NCBI GenBank assembly: GCA_035280185.1
Contig: DATEGH010000116.1
Coordinates: 1-51,158, forward strand
DNA length: 51,158 bases
Direction of reading: 5' to 3'
From: Terriglobales bacterium
GTDB lineage: Bacteria; Acidobacteriota; Terriglobia; Terriglobales; Acidobacteriaceae
Position 1 is the stretch's first letter. Each line of letters starts with the position of its first letter. The position numbers and the translations under genes are program-made. This document shows, piece by piece, positions 18,141-27,106 of this stretch. Under the pieces are notes generated by a model, which saw only the letters and a list, made by a program, of their open reading frames with translations, did no database searches and was not told where the DNA came from.

Positions 18141-19310
18141 CTAGAGCCCTCTCAAAGCCGGCGCCACAGGGCGCCGAGCCGCGCGCAGTGCTGGAGGCAG
18201 TCCGCCGACAATACCCATAATCAACGCGAAGATGACACCCTGGATCAGCAATGGCGTCGTGATCTTGAAAGCGAACGCCAGATGCGAGAATGTCTGCCAG
18301 TTCATCGCGCCCGTGGTGAGTCCGTTGAGCGGCAGCACGGCGATGCATCCGAGCAGTCCACCCGCAAAGGAGATTAAAAGCGCTTCGAGCACAAAGGAAA
18401 ACACCACGCTGCTCGCGCCGAAACCGATGGCACGCAGCGTGGCAATTTCACGTGAGCGCTCCGCTACGGCAGAGTACATCGTATTCAGCGCGCCGAACAC
18501 AGCGCCGATGCCCATGATGAAAGCGACGATTCCGCCGAGCGTGGTGATCAGGACCGTCAGCGCGCGCGACTGTTTGTCGTAATACTCCACCTCGCGGCTC
18601 ACATCTACGGTGAGGCGAGGATCAGAGGTGACCGCATCTTTGAATTGCTGCAATGCCGCCGGAGAAGTCAGATGGAGTGTGACCGACTGGAAGACGTTAT
18701 CAGGCCGGTGGTAAATCTGGTTGAGCACCCGGGCATCGCACCATACTTCAGAGTCAAAGGCGGAGCCACCTGCGTCGAATATACCGACAACGCGCCACGT
18801 TCCTCCTCCGAAGTGAACGCTGCTTCCCAGTGTGAGTCCGGAATAAGTATTCACCGCATTGCTTCCCACGATCAGTTCCGCAACTCCTGGCTCAAAGAAG
18901 CGTCCTTCAACGATCTTGACCTTCTTGCGGACTTCAAGAGTCTTGTTCGAGACGCCGCGAATTTGCACGTTCGCGTCAGTGCCGGTGGAGCGCAAGGGAA
19001 AAGGCGCAATTACGACGGTTTCCGAGGTCACGAGCGGGCCATTCGGCCCGCGGGCGACGCCGGGTTCGTCTTCCAGGACTTTGACCTGATCGAGCGTTAT
19101 GCTGCTGTCCATCTCTGAGGTGGATCCTGCGCGGCGAACCATCGCGTTGTCGGCTGAGCCTGAAGAAACCAGCGTCGCTTTGAAGCCATGCGCGAGCGAG
19201 AGCATGGCCACGAATACGCCAACTGTGCCGGCAATTCCCAGCACCGCCACCACTGCGGAGGTCCAGCGCTGCCGCACGCTTCGAACGTTGTATACCACGG
19301 GAATTGCCAT
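18141..19310 (-). CDS. ABC transporter permease, FtsX/MacB type
   Basis: N-terminal TM helix, large periplasmic domain, C-terminal FtsX 3-TM bundle (REIATLRAIGF...). Last gene of the minus-strand operon. Confidence 0.88.
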   Translation of the reverse strand: MAIPVVYNVRSVRQRWTSAVVAVLGIAGTVGVFVAMLSLAHGFKATLVSSGSADNAMVRRAGSTSEMDSSITLDQVKVLEDEPGVARGPNGPLVTSETVVIAPFPLRSTGTDANVQIRGVSNKTLEVRKKVKIVEGRFFEPGVAELIVGSNAVNTYSGLTLGSSVHFGGGTWRVVGIFDAGGSAFDSEVWCDARVLNQIYHRPDNVFQSVTLHLTSPAALQQFKDAVTSDPRLTVDVSREVEYYDKQSRALTVLITTLGGIVAFIMGIGAVFGALNTMYSAVAERSREIATLRAIGFGASSVVFSFVLEALLISFAGGLLGCIAVLPLNGLTTGAMNWQTFSHLAFAFKITTPLLIQGVIFALIMGIVGGLPPALRAARRPVAPALRGL

Positions 19311-20452
19311 CAGACCCTCCTCAGTGCTTCAACCACGCGCATGCGCATTGCGCCAACAGCGGGCAGAATGCCGCTGGCGATTCCGATTGCCAGTGCCGCG
19401 ATAATTCCAGAAACAATGGCAAGCCCCGGCAGATAGAAGAAGGGCAGCATGCCGTGCGTCGGATCACCGAGCAGCGTGAATCCTTTTGCAAGGATCAGCC
19501 CGAGCCCGCCTCCAACGGCCGCGATGACCAGCGATTCCGTCAAAACCAGCAGTAGGACAAATCGATCCGAGTAGCCAATCGCTTTGAGCACGGCCAACTC
19601 ATTGGTGCGCTCGCGGACAGCAATCGCCATAGTGTTGCCCGTGACCAGCAGAAGGGTAAAGAAGACCACGCCACCGATGGTGAGGATGAGAAATTCAATG
19701 TTGCCAAACTGCTTGACCCATCCGGCAGCGAATGCCTTTTCGGTATCGGTATGCGTCTCGTACGGCGAGTTGGAGAATTCCGCATCAATGGCTTTGGCCA
19801 CTTTCAGCGAGTCGTCTGGATTGTCAACGCGAACGGTGTACCAGCCCACCAGGCCTTTGAATCGCTCCGGAACTTTTTCTTCAAAGAGGTCCCAGTGAAA
19901 CCAGAATTGGGTTTCATCGTCAGCTTGCCGGGTGCCGTGATAGATGCCGTCGAGGTTGAACTCCCATACTCCGGGAAGGAACGTGCCTTTGATGGGAATG
20001 CGGTCGCCAACTTTCCAGCCGAAGCGCTTCGCGGTCGCCGCTCCGGCGATGGCGCCCTGGCGATCTTTCAAGAATGCCCGCCACTGATCGTCGGGAATCT
20101 GGAACTCGGGATAGAGCTGACGCTGGTGCTCGGTATCAATCGCGAACTGCGGGAAGAAGTTGCGTTCATCTTGATAGACGCCGCCAAACCAGTTGTCATG
20201 CGTGATCTCCTTGACGCCGGGAATTCGCATGATTTTGTCGGCATAGGAGATGGGCAACGGCTGAATGATGGAGGTTCGATTGATGACAACCAGCCTGTCA
20301 GCGCCGGCGATGCTGACGCCGCCGCTGAATGCTTCTTTTACAACGGCCAGAAACCCGAAGAGCATGAGGGCGACGGCAAACGAGCCGATGGTCAGCAGAA
20401 GCCGCGCCTTCTTGCGAAAGAGATTGGCAAAGATCAGACCACTGTACTTCAT
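19310..20452 (-). CDS. ABC transporter permease, FtsX/MacB type
   Basis: Start trimmed to MKYSGLIFANLFRKK (ATG at 20452, 4-nt overlap with the ATPase stop). The 69 upstream codons of the track ORF are Arg-rich junk. NELAVLKAIGY FtsX motif. Confidence 0.86.
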   Translation of the reverse strand: MKYSGLIFANLFRKKARLLLTIGSFAVALMLFGFLAVVKEAFSGGVSIAGADRLVVINRTSIIQPLPISYADKIMRIPGVKEITHDNWFGGVYQDERNFFPQFAIDTEHQRQLYPEFQIPDDQWRAFLKDRQGAIAGAATAKRFGWKVGDRIPIKGTFLPGVWEFNLDGIYHGTRQADDETQFWFHWDLFEEKVPERFKGLVGWYTVRVDNPDDSLKVAKAIDAEFSNSPYETHTDTEKAFAAGWVKQFGNIEFLILTIGGVVFFTLLLVTGNTMAIAVRERTNELAVLKAIGYSDRFVLLLVLTESLVIAAVGGGLGLILAKGFTLLGDPTHGMLPFFYLPGLAIVSGIIAALAIGIASGILPAVGAMRMRVVEALRRV

Positions 20453-21186
20453 CGCCCGCCTCCACCGGCTTGCGCGGTGACGCCGGACTCCACCAGCGCG
20501 CCTTTCTCCAGGTGAAGCGTGTAGTCCGCACGCTGCGCGACGACAGGATCGTGCGTCACCATGAGCACCGTCTTGCGGTATTGCTTCACCAGAGTTCCGA
20601 TCAAGTCCATGATGTCGTCCGCGCTTTTGCGGTCGAGGTCGCCTGTGGGCTCGTCGCACAGCAGGAACGTAGGATCAGAGACGATGGCGCGCGCGATGGT
20701 CACGCGCTGCTCCTGTCCGCCGGAGAGCTGGCGCGGATAGTGATGCATGCGATCTGAGAGTCCGACCACGCCCAGCGCGGTTTCCACGTGCTTGCGCCGC
20801 TCGGCTTTTGAGAGCTTGGTGAGCATCAGAGGCAGCTCCACATTCTGGAAGGCAGTGAGCACCGGGATAAGGTTGTACATCTGGAACACAAAGCCCACGT
20901 GCCGCGCGCGCCATTCGGTGAGCTTGCTGCGCGACATGTGCGTGATCTCATCGCCAGCGACGGTGATGCTGCCCGCCGAAGGCACGTCAAGCCCGCCAAG
21001 CAGGTTGAGCAGCGTGGTCTTGCCGGAGCCGCTCGGTCCCATGAAGGCGACGAATTCTCCCTGCTCCACGTCCAGGTTCAACCCCTGCAGAACGTGGATC
21101 TCCTCGCCGCCACGGTAGTACTTCTTGTCCAGCCCACGCACGTTGATCAGGCTTCGATTGCCGTTGGTTCCATCCACACGCACCAT
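20449..21186 (-). CDS. ABC transporter ATP-binding protein (MacB/LolD-like)
   Basis: Walker A GPSGSGKTT, signature LSGGQEQR, Walker B LLCDEPTGDLD. ATG at 21186 is preferred (AAGGAG upstream). The track uses the GTG at 21189. Confidence 0.95.
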   Translation of the reverse strand: MVRVDGTNGNRSLINVRGLDKKYYRGGEEIHVLQGLNLDVEQGEFVAFMGPSGSGKTTLLNLLGGLDVPSAGSITVAGDEITHMSRSKLTEWRARHVGFVFQMYNLIPVLTAFQNVELPLMLTKLSKAERRKHVETALGVVGLSDRMHHYPRQLSGGQEQRVTIARAIVSDPTFLLCDEPTGDLDRKSADDIMDLIGTLVKQYRKTVLMVTHDPVVAQRADYTLHLEKGALVESGVTAQAGGGGR

Positions 21187-21197
21187 CACTCGTCTCC

Positions 21198-22427
21198 TTA
21201 CTGCTTCACTTCTACGGTTTGTCCTTCACGCAGGCTTTCCGGCCCGCGAACCACCAGGGAATCTCCGGGAGCAACACCGGCCATGATCTCGACATCGGAG
21301 CCGCGCTCGGCGCCCAGGCTCACAGCACGCCGCTCCAGCTTGCGCTGGTTGACGATGTAAACCACCGGCCGGCCATTTTCTGTTCGGATGGCTGCTTTGG
21401 GCGCGAGCGCCCGCGCTTGACTCTTGTTTTTCGCGGAAGGCTCGTCGCCCAGAAAGGCGACCTTCACGCCCATATCGGGCAGAATACGGGGATCGAGCTT
21501 GTCGAACGCGACTCGCACCTTGACGGTTGCCTTCTGACGATCGGCCGTGGGAATTACTGTGCGGACGGTCGAAGGAATCTGCCAGTCAGGGTAGGCGTCC
21601 AAGGTAGAGATCACTTTTTGGCCGGGCTTCACACGCGCGATGTACGACTCGTTCACGTCCACTTCCACTTCCAGTGATCGCATGTCAACGACGGTGGCAA
21701 TTCCGGTGCGGGTGAAGCCGCCACCGGCGGAGATGGGCGAGACCATCTCGCCGCGCTGCGCGTTCTTTGAGACCACTTTGCCATCGAACGGAGCACGCAC
21801 GGTGCAGTTGTCCACGTCCTGCTGCGCCACCTGAATCTTTGCCGTAGCGGCGCGGGTCTGCTCGCGGGTGAGCGCGATCTTGGAGCGCAAGCTGTCGGCC
21901 GCGGTCTGGGTGGCATCGAGCGCCTGCTGGCTATCCACGCCTGCTGCGCGCAGCGATTTGGTGCGCGAGAGTTCGCGGTCAGCATTGGTGAGCTGCACTT
22001 CCAAATCAGACAGTGCTGCGGCGGTGGCATCGCGGTCGGCGCGCGCGGAACTCAGCGCCGCCTGCTGCTGCGAGCAGTCGAGCGTCGCAAGCACCTGGCC
22101 GGCTCTTACCTGCAACCCTTCTTCGGCATAGACCTGGTCCACGCGTCCGGTGATCTTGGCTGCGACGGTGGCCTGGCGCCGGGGCGTGACATATCCGCTG
22201 GCGTTCAGGAGCGCGGCCGCGCGAGCGTCATTGGCAGGCCGGGCTGCGGCAACTTCCACAACCGGAAGTTGAGGGCGCAGAGCCAGCACGAGTGCGCCCA
22301 GAAGCAACAGCGCTCCCAGCGCGGCGGCGAAGAGACCCAGCCTGCCGCGCGATTTGCGGGGACGGCGCGAATCGTCAATCTTGAGCGAACCAAGGTCGTG
22401 CCGCGGCGGGATGGAAGTGGTGCCCAT
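21198..22427 (-). CDS. HlyD-family efflux periplasmic adaptor
   Basis: N-terminal TM anchor, coiled-coil hairpin region, beta-barrel and MP domains. First gene of the adaptor-ATPase-permease-permease operon. Confidence 0.9.
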   Translation of the reverse strand: MGTTSIPPRHDLGSLKIDDSRRPRKSRGRLGLFAAALGALLLLGALVLALRPQLPVVEVAAARPANDARAAALLNASGYVTPRRQATVAAKITGRVDQVYAEEGLQVRAGQVLATLDCSQQQAALSSARADRDATAAALSDLEVQLTNADRELSRTKSLRAAGVDSQQALDATQTAADSLRSKIALTREQTRAATAKIQVAQQDVDNCTVRAPFDGKVVSKNAQRGEMVSPISAGGGFTRTGIATVVDMRSLEVEVDVNESYIARVKPGQKVISTLDAYPDWQIPSTVRTVIPTADRQKATVKVRVAFDKLDPRILPDMGVKVAFLGDEPSAKNKSQARALAPKAAIRTENGRPVVYIVNQRKLERRAVSLGAERGSDVEIMAGVAPGDSLVVRGPESLREGQTVEVKQ

Positions 22428-22624
22428 AAACTCCAGAACTGCCGCTTGCTTCAGGCGGCGTCTTGATCAAAGTGCGGATCCGTCTCTGATGGGTGATCCA
22501 GCTTTACGGTTCCTTACATGATAACCGAGCTGCTCACTGTTTTGTGTTCGACCACAACTCGGAGTTTCGGATAAGAAGCGCGCAGAGAGAAGTGGAGAAT
22601 GTCACAAATCGGATGTGACGGTTG

Positions 22625-23452
22625 TCATCGTTGCGTTTGGCCCAGAGTCTGGTTCAGCAAGGCGGCGAGGCGCAGACCGGCCAAGGCGAGGCGCCGGTTC
22701 ACGGTTCCGATATTCCGGCGATAGTACGCTTCGTCCACTGCGGCGGGGCGCGTGTCCAGAATCTTGCGCGCTTCGGCATGCGATTCGTTGGCCCAGTCCG
22801 CCGGCGTTCCTCCCGCTTGCCGATCCAGATGTTCGGTTCGGATGAGCTGCTCCAGTATTTGCACGTACTGGCGATTGCGCAAGTCTGCATGCCAAATCAA
22901 TGCATCGTCCCACGCGGAATGCAAGTTGCAGCGATGAGGCCCGCATTGGAGCGAACCGAAGACAGGCAGCTCAATATCGTTTCCGCCGTGGGCTTCCGCT
23001 AAGGCATGCAAAGGCTGATGAACGTCTGCTACCAGATGCACCACCCATTTGAGCGCTGTGAGCCGGGCTTCGGGCGGAGCACTGTGATCGCCAAGCACCT
23101 GGGCAAAGATCTCGATCCGGTCCACCACGCAATTATGGCGGTCGGCGTGCTTCCATCCGTTTCCTTGCGGATGGAAGCAGTCGCGCGGCTCAGAGAATCC
23201 CGCAGCGTTCTCGGGAATGTCCACGAAATGCCAACTGTAGGTCTGGGGAAACTGGCCTTTGATGTGGTCGGCCCAGTCGGAAATTGACGCCAGACTCTCA
23301 CCCCCCAGAAGCTGTTTCAGTTCCGCTCGGGTTGCCGGAGTCAGGCGCGATTCGGCAAGCTCGGCGACGAGCGCGTGTCCCTTGCCGCTCCAAGCGAGGA
23401 GGTGGGCTGGAAGAAGAGCAAGCAACAGGGCGATAAAGGTCAGCTTCTTCAA
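22625..23452 (-). CDS. secreted S1/P1-family nuclease
   Basis: Signal peptide ending ...LLAW, mature WSGKGHALVAELA, SWHFVDIP, LKWVVHLVADVHQPLH, HGGN zinc-ligand pattern. Confidence 0.85.
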   Translation of the reverse strand: MKKLTFIALLLALLPAHLLAWSGKGHALVAELAESRLTPATRAELKQLLGGESLASISDWADHIKGQFPQTYSWHFVDIPENAAGFSEPRDCFHPQGNGWKHADRHNCVVDRIEIFAQVLGDHSAPPEARLTALKWVVHLVADVHQPLHALAEAHGGNDIELPVFGSLQCGPHRCNLHSAWDDALIWHADLRNRQYVQILEQLIRTEHLDRQAGGTPADWANESHAEARKILDTRPAAVDEAYYRRNIGTVNRRLALAGLRLAALLNQTLGQTQR

Positions 23453-23504
23453 GTTCGATCACATTCTACTTTGTCTGTAAACTCAAATAGACAGACGGAA
23501 CTGC

Positions 23505-24377
23505 ATGCGCGATTTCGAAGTTCTTTTTGATCAGGCCGAGCCTTCGCCTATCGCCGATCCCGCTTACGCGCCTTACGGGAATCTCGGGTTTCCTCCCGCG
23601 CATCGCGACCGGCCGTGGAGTTATGCCAATTTCGTGCAGTCGATTGATGGCATCGCGTCATTCCTGGGCAAGCACCCTACTGGCGGCGATATTTCCCAGT
23701 CGGAGGAAGACAAATGGCTGATGGACCTGCTGCGCGCGCACGCCGACGCCATCATTATGGGGCTGAACACGCTGGTTGAGGAAACGCGAGCAGCGCCTGA
23801 TCTCAACAAAGGACGCGGGCCGGTGTATCGGGTGCAGGACTCCGCTCTGCGGGAATTTCGCAGCAGGCTGGGACGCGGACGCGAAAAGGTCATCTTCGTC
23901 ACCGGTTCCGCGGGGCTCGATCCGGAGAAATATCGCGTGTTCGATGGCGATCTGGTGGATGCCTACGTGCTCACTACTAAGACAGGCGAGCATCGGCTTC
24001 GGGAGTCAGGCGTGCGGACAATGGTCGCGGGAGAATCAGGCTTTGTGGACTTGAACCTGGGTGTGCGGAGGCTTCGCCAGGAGCTTGGGATCAACCACCT
24101 TCTTTGCGAAGGCGGGCCGACGCTTTATGGGCACATGTCGCGCGCCAGGTTGATTGATGAAAAGTTTGTGACTATCTCGCCGGTCGAAATCGGTCTGCTG
24201 GTGCCGCCGGAGCAGCAGGAGCAAGAACCAGAAGATGTCCAACGGGACGCGCCAGTCCGTCGGCCTACGACATTTACCGCGCCCGGGTTTCTGCCGGAGA
24301 ACGCGCCATGGTGGCAATGGATGAGTTGCCGGCGCGTGGGAGATCACGAGTTCAACCGGTATAGGAGAAGGCGATAG
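23505..24377 (+). CDS. RibD C-terminal-domain / DHFR-like reductase family protein
   Basis: SIDGIASF..., LLCEGGPTLYGHM..LIDEKFVTISP pattern of the RibD_C fold. Confidence 0.72.
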   Translation: MRDFEVLFDQAEPSPIADPAYAPYGNLGFPPAHRDRPWSYANFVQSIDGIASFLGKHPTGGDISQSEEDKWLMDLLRAHADAIIMGLNTLVEETRAAPDLNKGRGPVYRVQDSALREFRSRLGRGREKVIFVTGSAGLDPEKYRVFDGDLVDAYVLTTKTGEHRLRESGVRTMVAGESGFVDLNLGVRRLRQELGINHLLCEGGPTLYGHMSRARLIDEKFVTISPVEIGLLVPPEQQEQEPEDVQRDAPVRRPTTFTAPGFLPENAPWWQWMSCRRVGDHEFNRYRRRR

Positions 24378-24500
24378 CAGGAGTTTGGCCGTGAGCGCTG
24401 CAAGTTTCGATCAGCCAGCCGGGTTGAAGTGATCAGGCGATGCCCTATCGGCTTTCAAGGGGCTAAAGCCAAAATTCTTTGCGCGACAAGACGGCACGAC

Positions 24501-24575
24501 TGAAGTCATGCCCTGACACTTGCTGCAGCCTCTTAAAAATCCTTCCACAATTTGTGAAGTCGTGTCCTGACACTT
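24501..24575. repeat. two direct copies of a 21-nt motif between convergent genes
   Basis: TGAAGTCATGCCCTGACACTT (24501-24521) and TGAAGTCGTGTCCTGACACTT (24555-24575), 2 mismatches. Copy 1 is preceded by GCACGAC, which can pair with GTCATGC. Confidence 0.75.
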
Positions 24576-24614
24576 TTCCGGTTACTGAAATTTCTCTTCA
24601 GCGCACTATTCAAG

Positions 24615-25193
24615 CTATTTTCTTCCTGCGGCTTCGACGCTTTTGGTGGGATCGGCGCCCTGCCAAGTCACATCCGCCGTCGGGCCGTAATTGGACGGAA
24701 CTTTCTTTCCCAGCAGCCGCAGGTAGACGCTCACTTGCGTGCGATGGTGCGCGGTGTGGAGCATGCGTCGCCAGAGAATCCAGATGCGCTGGCGCTGGAC
24801 ATCGAAAAACGGACGCACCTCAAGCCACCACGCGTCATCACAGGCGGACATGCGCGCCAGGCGCGGCTTGCACAACTCTTCATCACGGCGGCTGAAAGCG
24901 AGCGGCGTGAGTTCCTGCGGTAACACGGCGCCGGGCTCGGGTTCGCCGGGCAGGCCGATGAACTCAGCGAAGAAGCGGCGTTCGGAGAGAAGCTGGTGCT
25001 TCATGATGTCAAGCACGCTGGTGGAGCGCTCGGTCGGCTTGAAGTTCATGTCTTCCGGGCTGAAGCAGCGCCACACGCTGACGACTTTGCTGGTTTCGCT
25101 AGCATAGGTATCGAGCATGTGCTGCAAGAGCGGATTGCGGGCGCGCGGCACCGCCGATTCAGGAATTGCCGTGTACTCGTATTGCATCGGCAT
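24615..25193 (-). CDS. DinB-family (four-helix-bundle, His-triad) protein
   Basis: MLHTAHHRTQVSVYLRLLG C-terminal motif, and the size is typical of DinB/DUF664-like proteins. Confidence 0.68.
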   Translation of the reverse strand: MPMQYEYTAIPESAVPRARNPLLQHMLDTYASETSKVVSVWRCFSPEDMNFKPTERSTSVLDIMKHQLLSERRFFAEFIGLPGEPEPGAVLPQELTPLAFSRRDEELCKPRLARMSACDDAWWLEVRPFFDVQRQRIWILWRRMLHTAHHRTQVSVYLRLLGKKVPSNYGPTADVTWQGADPTKSVEAAGRK

Positions 25194-25230
25194 AACGCAC
25201 TCCTGTCTTCGAGCTTAGAGGTCTTCGATT

Positions 25231-25830
25231 CTACGCCCGCGCTGCCATCCTTTGCCCTGCTGCCGGCTTGATCATGGCGGCGGCAACGGCTCCAGCACAG
25301 ACAAATCCCATGGCTATGGTGCAGATGTAGGCGACGGTATAGTTGCCGGGGAATCCGTACCAGTTCCAATAAGACATGTTGGTGCTGATGGCAGCCACCA
25401 CGCCGGCGAGCGTCGCAAAGCGCCAGCGCGCGCCGAAGCTTGCCAGACCGGTCTGGGCCAGCAGCAGCACGACGATGAACGCCTGAAGCATATTCGTGCC
25501 CAGCTCGGTCAGCATCTGTTTGGGCGAGAGCGGATCGGAGCCTTGCGGATGAAAGATGAGAAGTCCGGTGGGTCCAGCCTTGATCTTGGGCGCGAGAACG
25601 TTCATCGCTGCCATCTTCTGTGAATGCGTTGCGTTTGGACCGAGGCCCCATCCGGGAAAGATGTACATACCCGAAGCAGGTATGTTGCCTTTCATACCGC
25701 TGACCACCGTCTGTTCGTTCGGAATCTCACTGATGCCGACTTCGCCCAGTCCTAGAGCGAGATGTGCGATGGTGGACCAGGCGAAAAAAGCCAGTCCGCC
25801 GAGAACTCCTGCCAGAATCTTCTTTCCCAT
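25231..25830 (-). CDS. integral membrane protein, unknown family
   Basis: About 4 predicted hydrophobic helices. Lies 37 nt upstream of the DinB-like gene on the same strand. Confidence 0.6.
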   Translation of the reverse strand: MGKKILAGVLGGLAFFAWSTIAHLALGLGEVGISEIPNEQTVVSGMKGNIPASGMYIFPGWGLGPNATHSQKMAAMNVLAPKIKAGPTGLLIFHPQGSDPLSPKQMLTELGTNMLQAFIVVLLLAQTGLASFGARWRFATLAGVVAAISTNMSYWNWYGFPGNYTVAYICTIAMGFVCAGAVAAAMIKPAAGQRMAARA

Positions 25831-25945
25831 ACGAGCCTCCTGAAAAGTGTTTGGATATGCTGCTATGAAGCGGGAGCGTTCGTCAACTTCGGCCCAAGCT
25901 TAGGTTTGCGGGACATGAAACGACACGAAAGAAGGAACCGTAGAG

Positions 25946-26203
25946 AACGCAGAGAGCGCGGAGAGGAGGCAGAGAAAGAAGAAGTCGCCGCAGATACCCG
26001 CAGAAAAGCGCAGATCGGAAAAGAGGAGCTCACCGCAACGGGCGTGAAGAACGCAAAAAAGATTGAAGGGCGAACCGCAGAGTGCGCGGAGAGCGCAGAG
26101 AAACAAGAGATAAGAATAACCGGCTACCGGCATCGTGAATATGAAACGGTAAAATGTGAAACCCTACCGCGGATCAACGCGGATGAGCGCGGATGGGTGC
26201 GGG
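25946..26203. repeat. purine-rich word-repeat block in a divergent intergenic region
   Basis: About 33-nt direct repeat AACGCAGAGAGCGCGGAGAGGAGGCAGAGAAAG (25946-25978) and AACCGCAGAGTGCGCGGAGAGCGCAGAGAAAC (26073-26104). CGCAGA(T/A) occurs 3 times (25987-26017). CGCGGAT occurs 3 times with a 10-nt period (26168-26194). Confidence 0.75.
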
Positions 26204-26329
26204 TCAGACCCAAGGGCAGAGCATGAGCGGAAACCAAATCTCAAGAGTGTGGCTCAACGTCGGACTGATCGAGCAAGGCTTGAAAGAGGCTATGAAGGAA
26301 TCTTGGTGCTGTGGAAGGAATCTTTGAAA

Positions 26330-27106
26330 ATGTTAATATTTCGTGGCAAGCTTTCCGCCTCGCTTAGGCGAAGCTGTTCAACCATGCTGCCCCATAGCTC
26401 TCACCATTTACACGCCAACCGGAAGCTCAGACTGACACAAACGGTTGTTTTGGGATGTGGGCTGCTGTTGCTGGGCGGTCCCGTTTCTGGACGGACGAAG
26501 CAGTCGGGTGGGCCGGTGCCGGTCGTGGTGCAGCCTGGCGCGCCAGGGCAGCCGAGCAAGAGACTTCCCTCCACCACCTCGGCAAAGCTGCCGCCGCTTT
26601 CGCAAGCCGAGGTCGAGTTCATGCAAGGCATGATCGTGCACCACGAGCAGGCAGTGGAGATGACGGCGCTGATTCCGTCACATAGTAATAATAAGGACCT
26701 GCGGACGCTGGGAGCGCGCATCAGCAGGTCGCAGCAGGACGAGATCAAGTTCATGAAGCGCTGGCTGGCCGTGCGCGGAGAGCCGCTCTCAATGCCGATG
26801 GCGGCGATGGAAGGAATGGGCATGCCGCCCCACGCTGCCATGATGATGCCGGGGATGCTTACGCCGGAACAGATGGATGCGCTGCGCAAGGCAAGAGGCC
26901 CTGAGTTCGACCGGCTATTTCTGGGCGGGATGATTCAGCACCACAGTGGCGCTTTGACGATGGTGAAGGACCTGTTTGCCACGCCCGGAGCAGGACAGAA
27001 CGCTGAAGTGTTCGATTTCGCCACCGATGTTGATACCGGCCAGCGAGCTGAAATCAGGATCATGCAATCCATGTTAGAGAAAGAAATTCCAGAGGAGAAA
27101 CAATGA
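26330..27106 (+). CDS. DUF305-family protein (secreted, four-helix-bundle metal-related family)
   Basis: Duplicated HHEQAVEM / HHSGALTM motifs. Start set at ATG 26330 (GGAAGGA upstream), with an alternative ATG at 26384. The upstream part of the track ORF reads through the repeat block. Confidence 0.78.
   Translation: MLIFRGKLSASLRRSCSTMLPHSSHHLHANRKLRLTQTVVLGCGLLLLGGPVSGRTKQSGGPVPVVVQPGAPGQPSKRLPSTTSAKLPPLSQAEVEFMQGMIVHHEQAVEMTALIPSHSNNKDLRTLGARISRSQQDEIKFMKRWLAVRGEPLSMPMAAMEGMGMPPHAAMMMPGMLTPEQMDALRKARGPEFDRLFLGGMIQHHSGALTMVKDLFATPGAGQNAEVFDFATDVDTGQRAEIRIMQSMLEKEIPEEKQ

Noticed and set aside
18132-18143. ddl and the last permease gene converge with only 6 nt between their stop codons and no hairpin
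   Set aside because: Noted as a curiosity, because transcripts must overlap or terminate inside the opposite gene. There is nothing in the sequence to build a claim on.
19751-20515. 254-aa plus-strand ORF
   Set aside because: It is antisense to the FtsX/MacB permease gene and has no motifs.
20453-20659. N-terminal 69-codon extension of the permease ORF. Similar extensions exist at 26156-26329 (DUF305) and 36375-36500 (900-aa protein).
   Set aside because: The extensions are Arg/Pro-rich or overlap the upstream gene or repeats. Internal ATGs give proper signal or TM N-termini, RBS-like sequences and the usual 4-nt operon overlap.
25762-26226. 154-aa ORF rich in Arg/Glu (RRNRRERRERGEEAEKEE...)
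   Set aside because: It is a read-through of the purine-rich word-repeat block. Periodic low-complexity translation, no start context, and it overlaps the upstream gene's 5' end.
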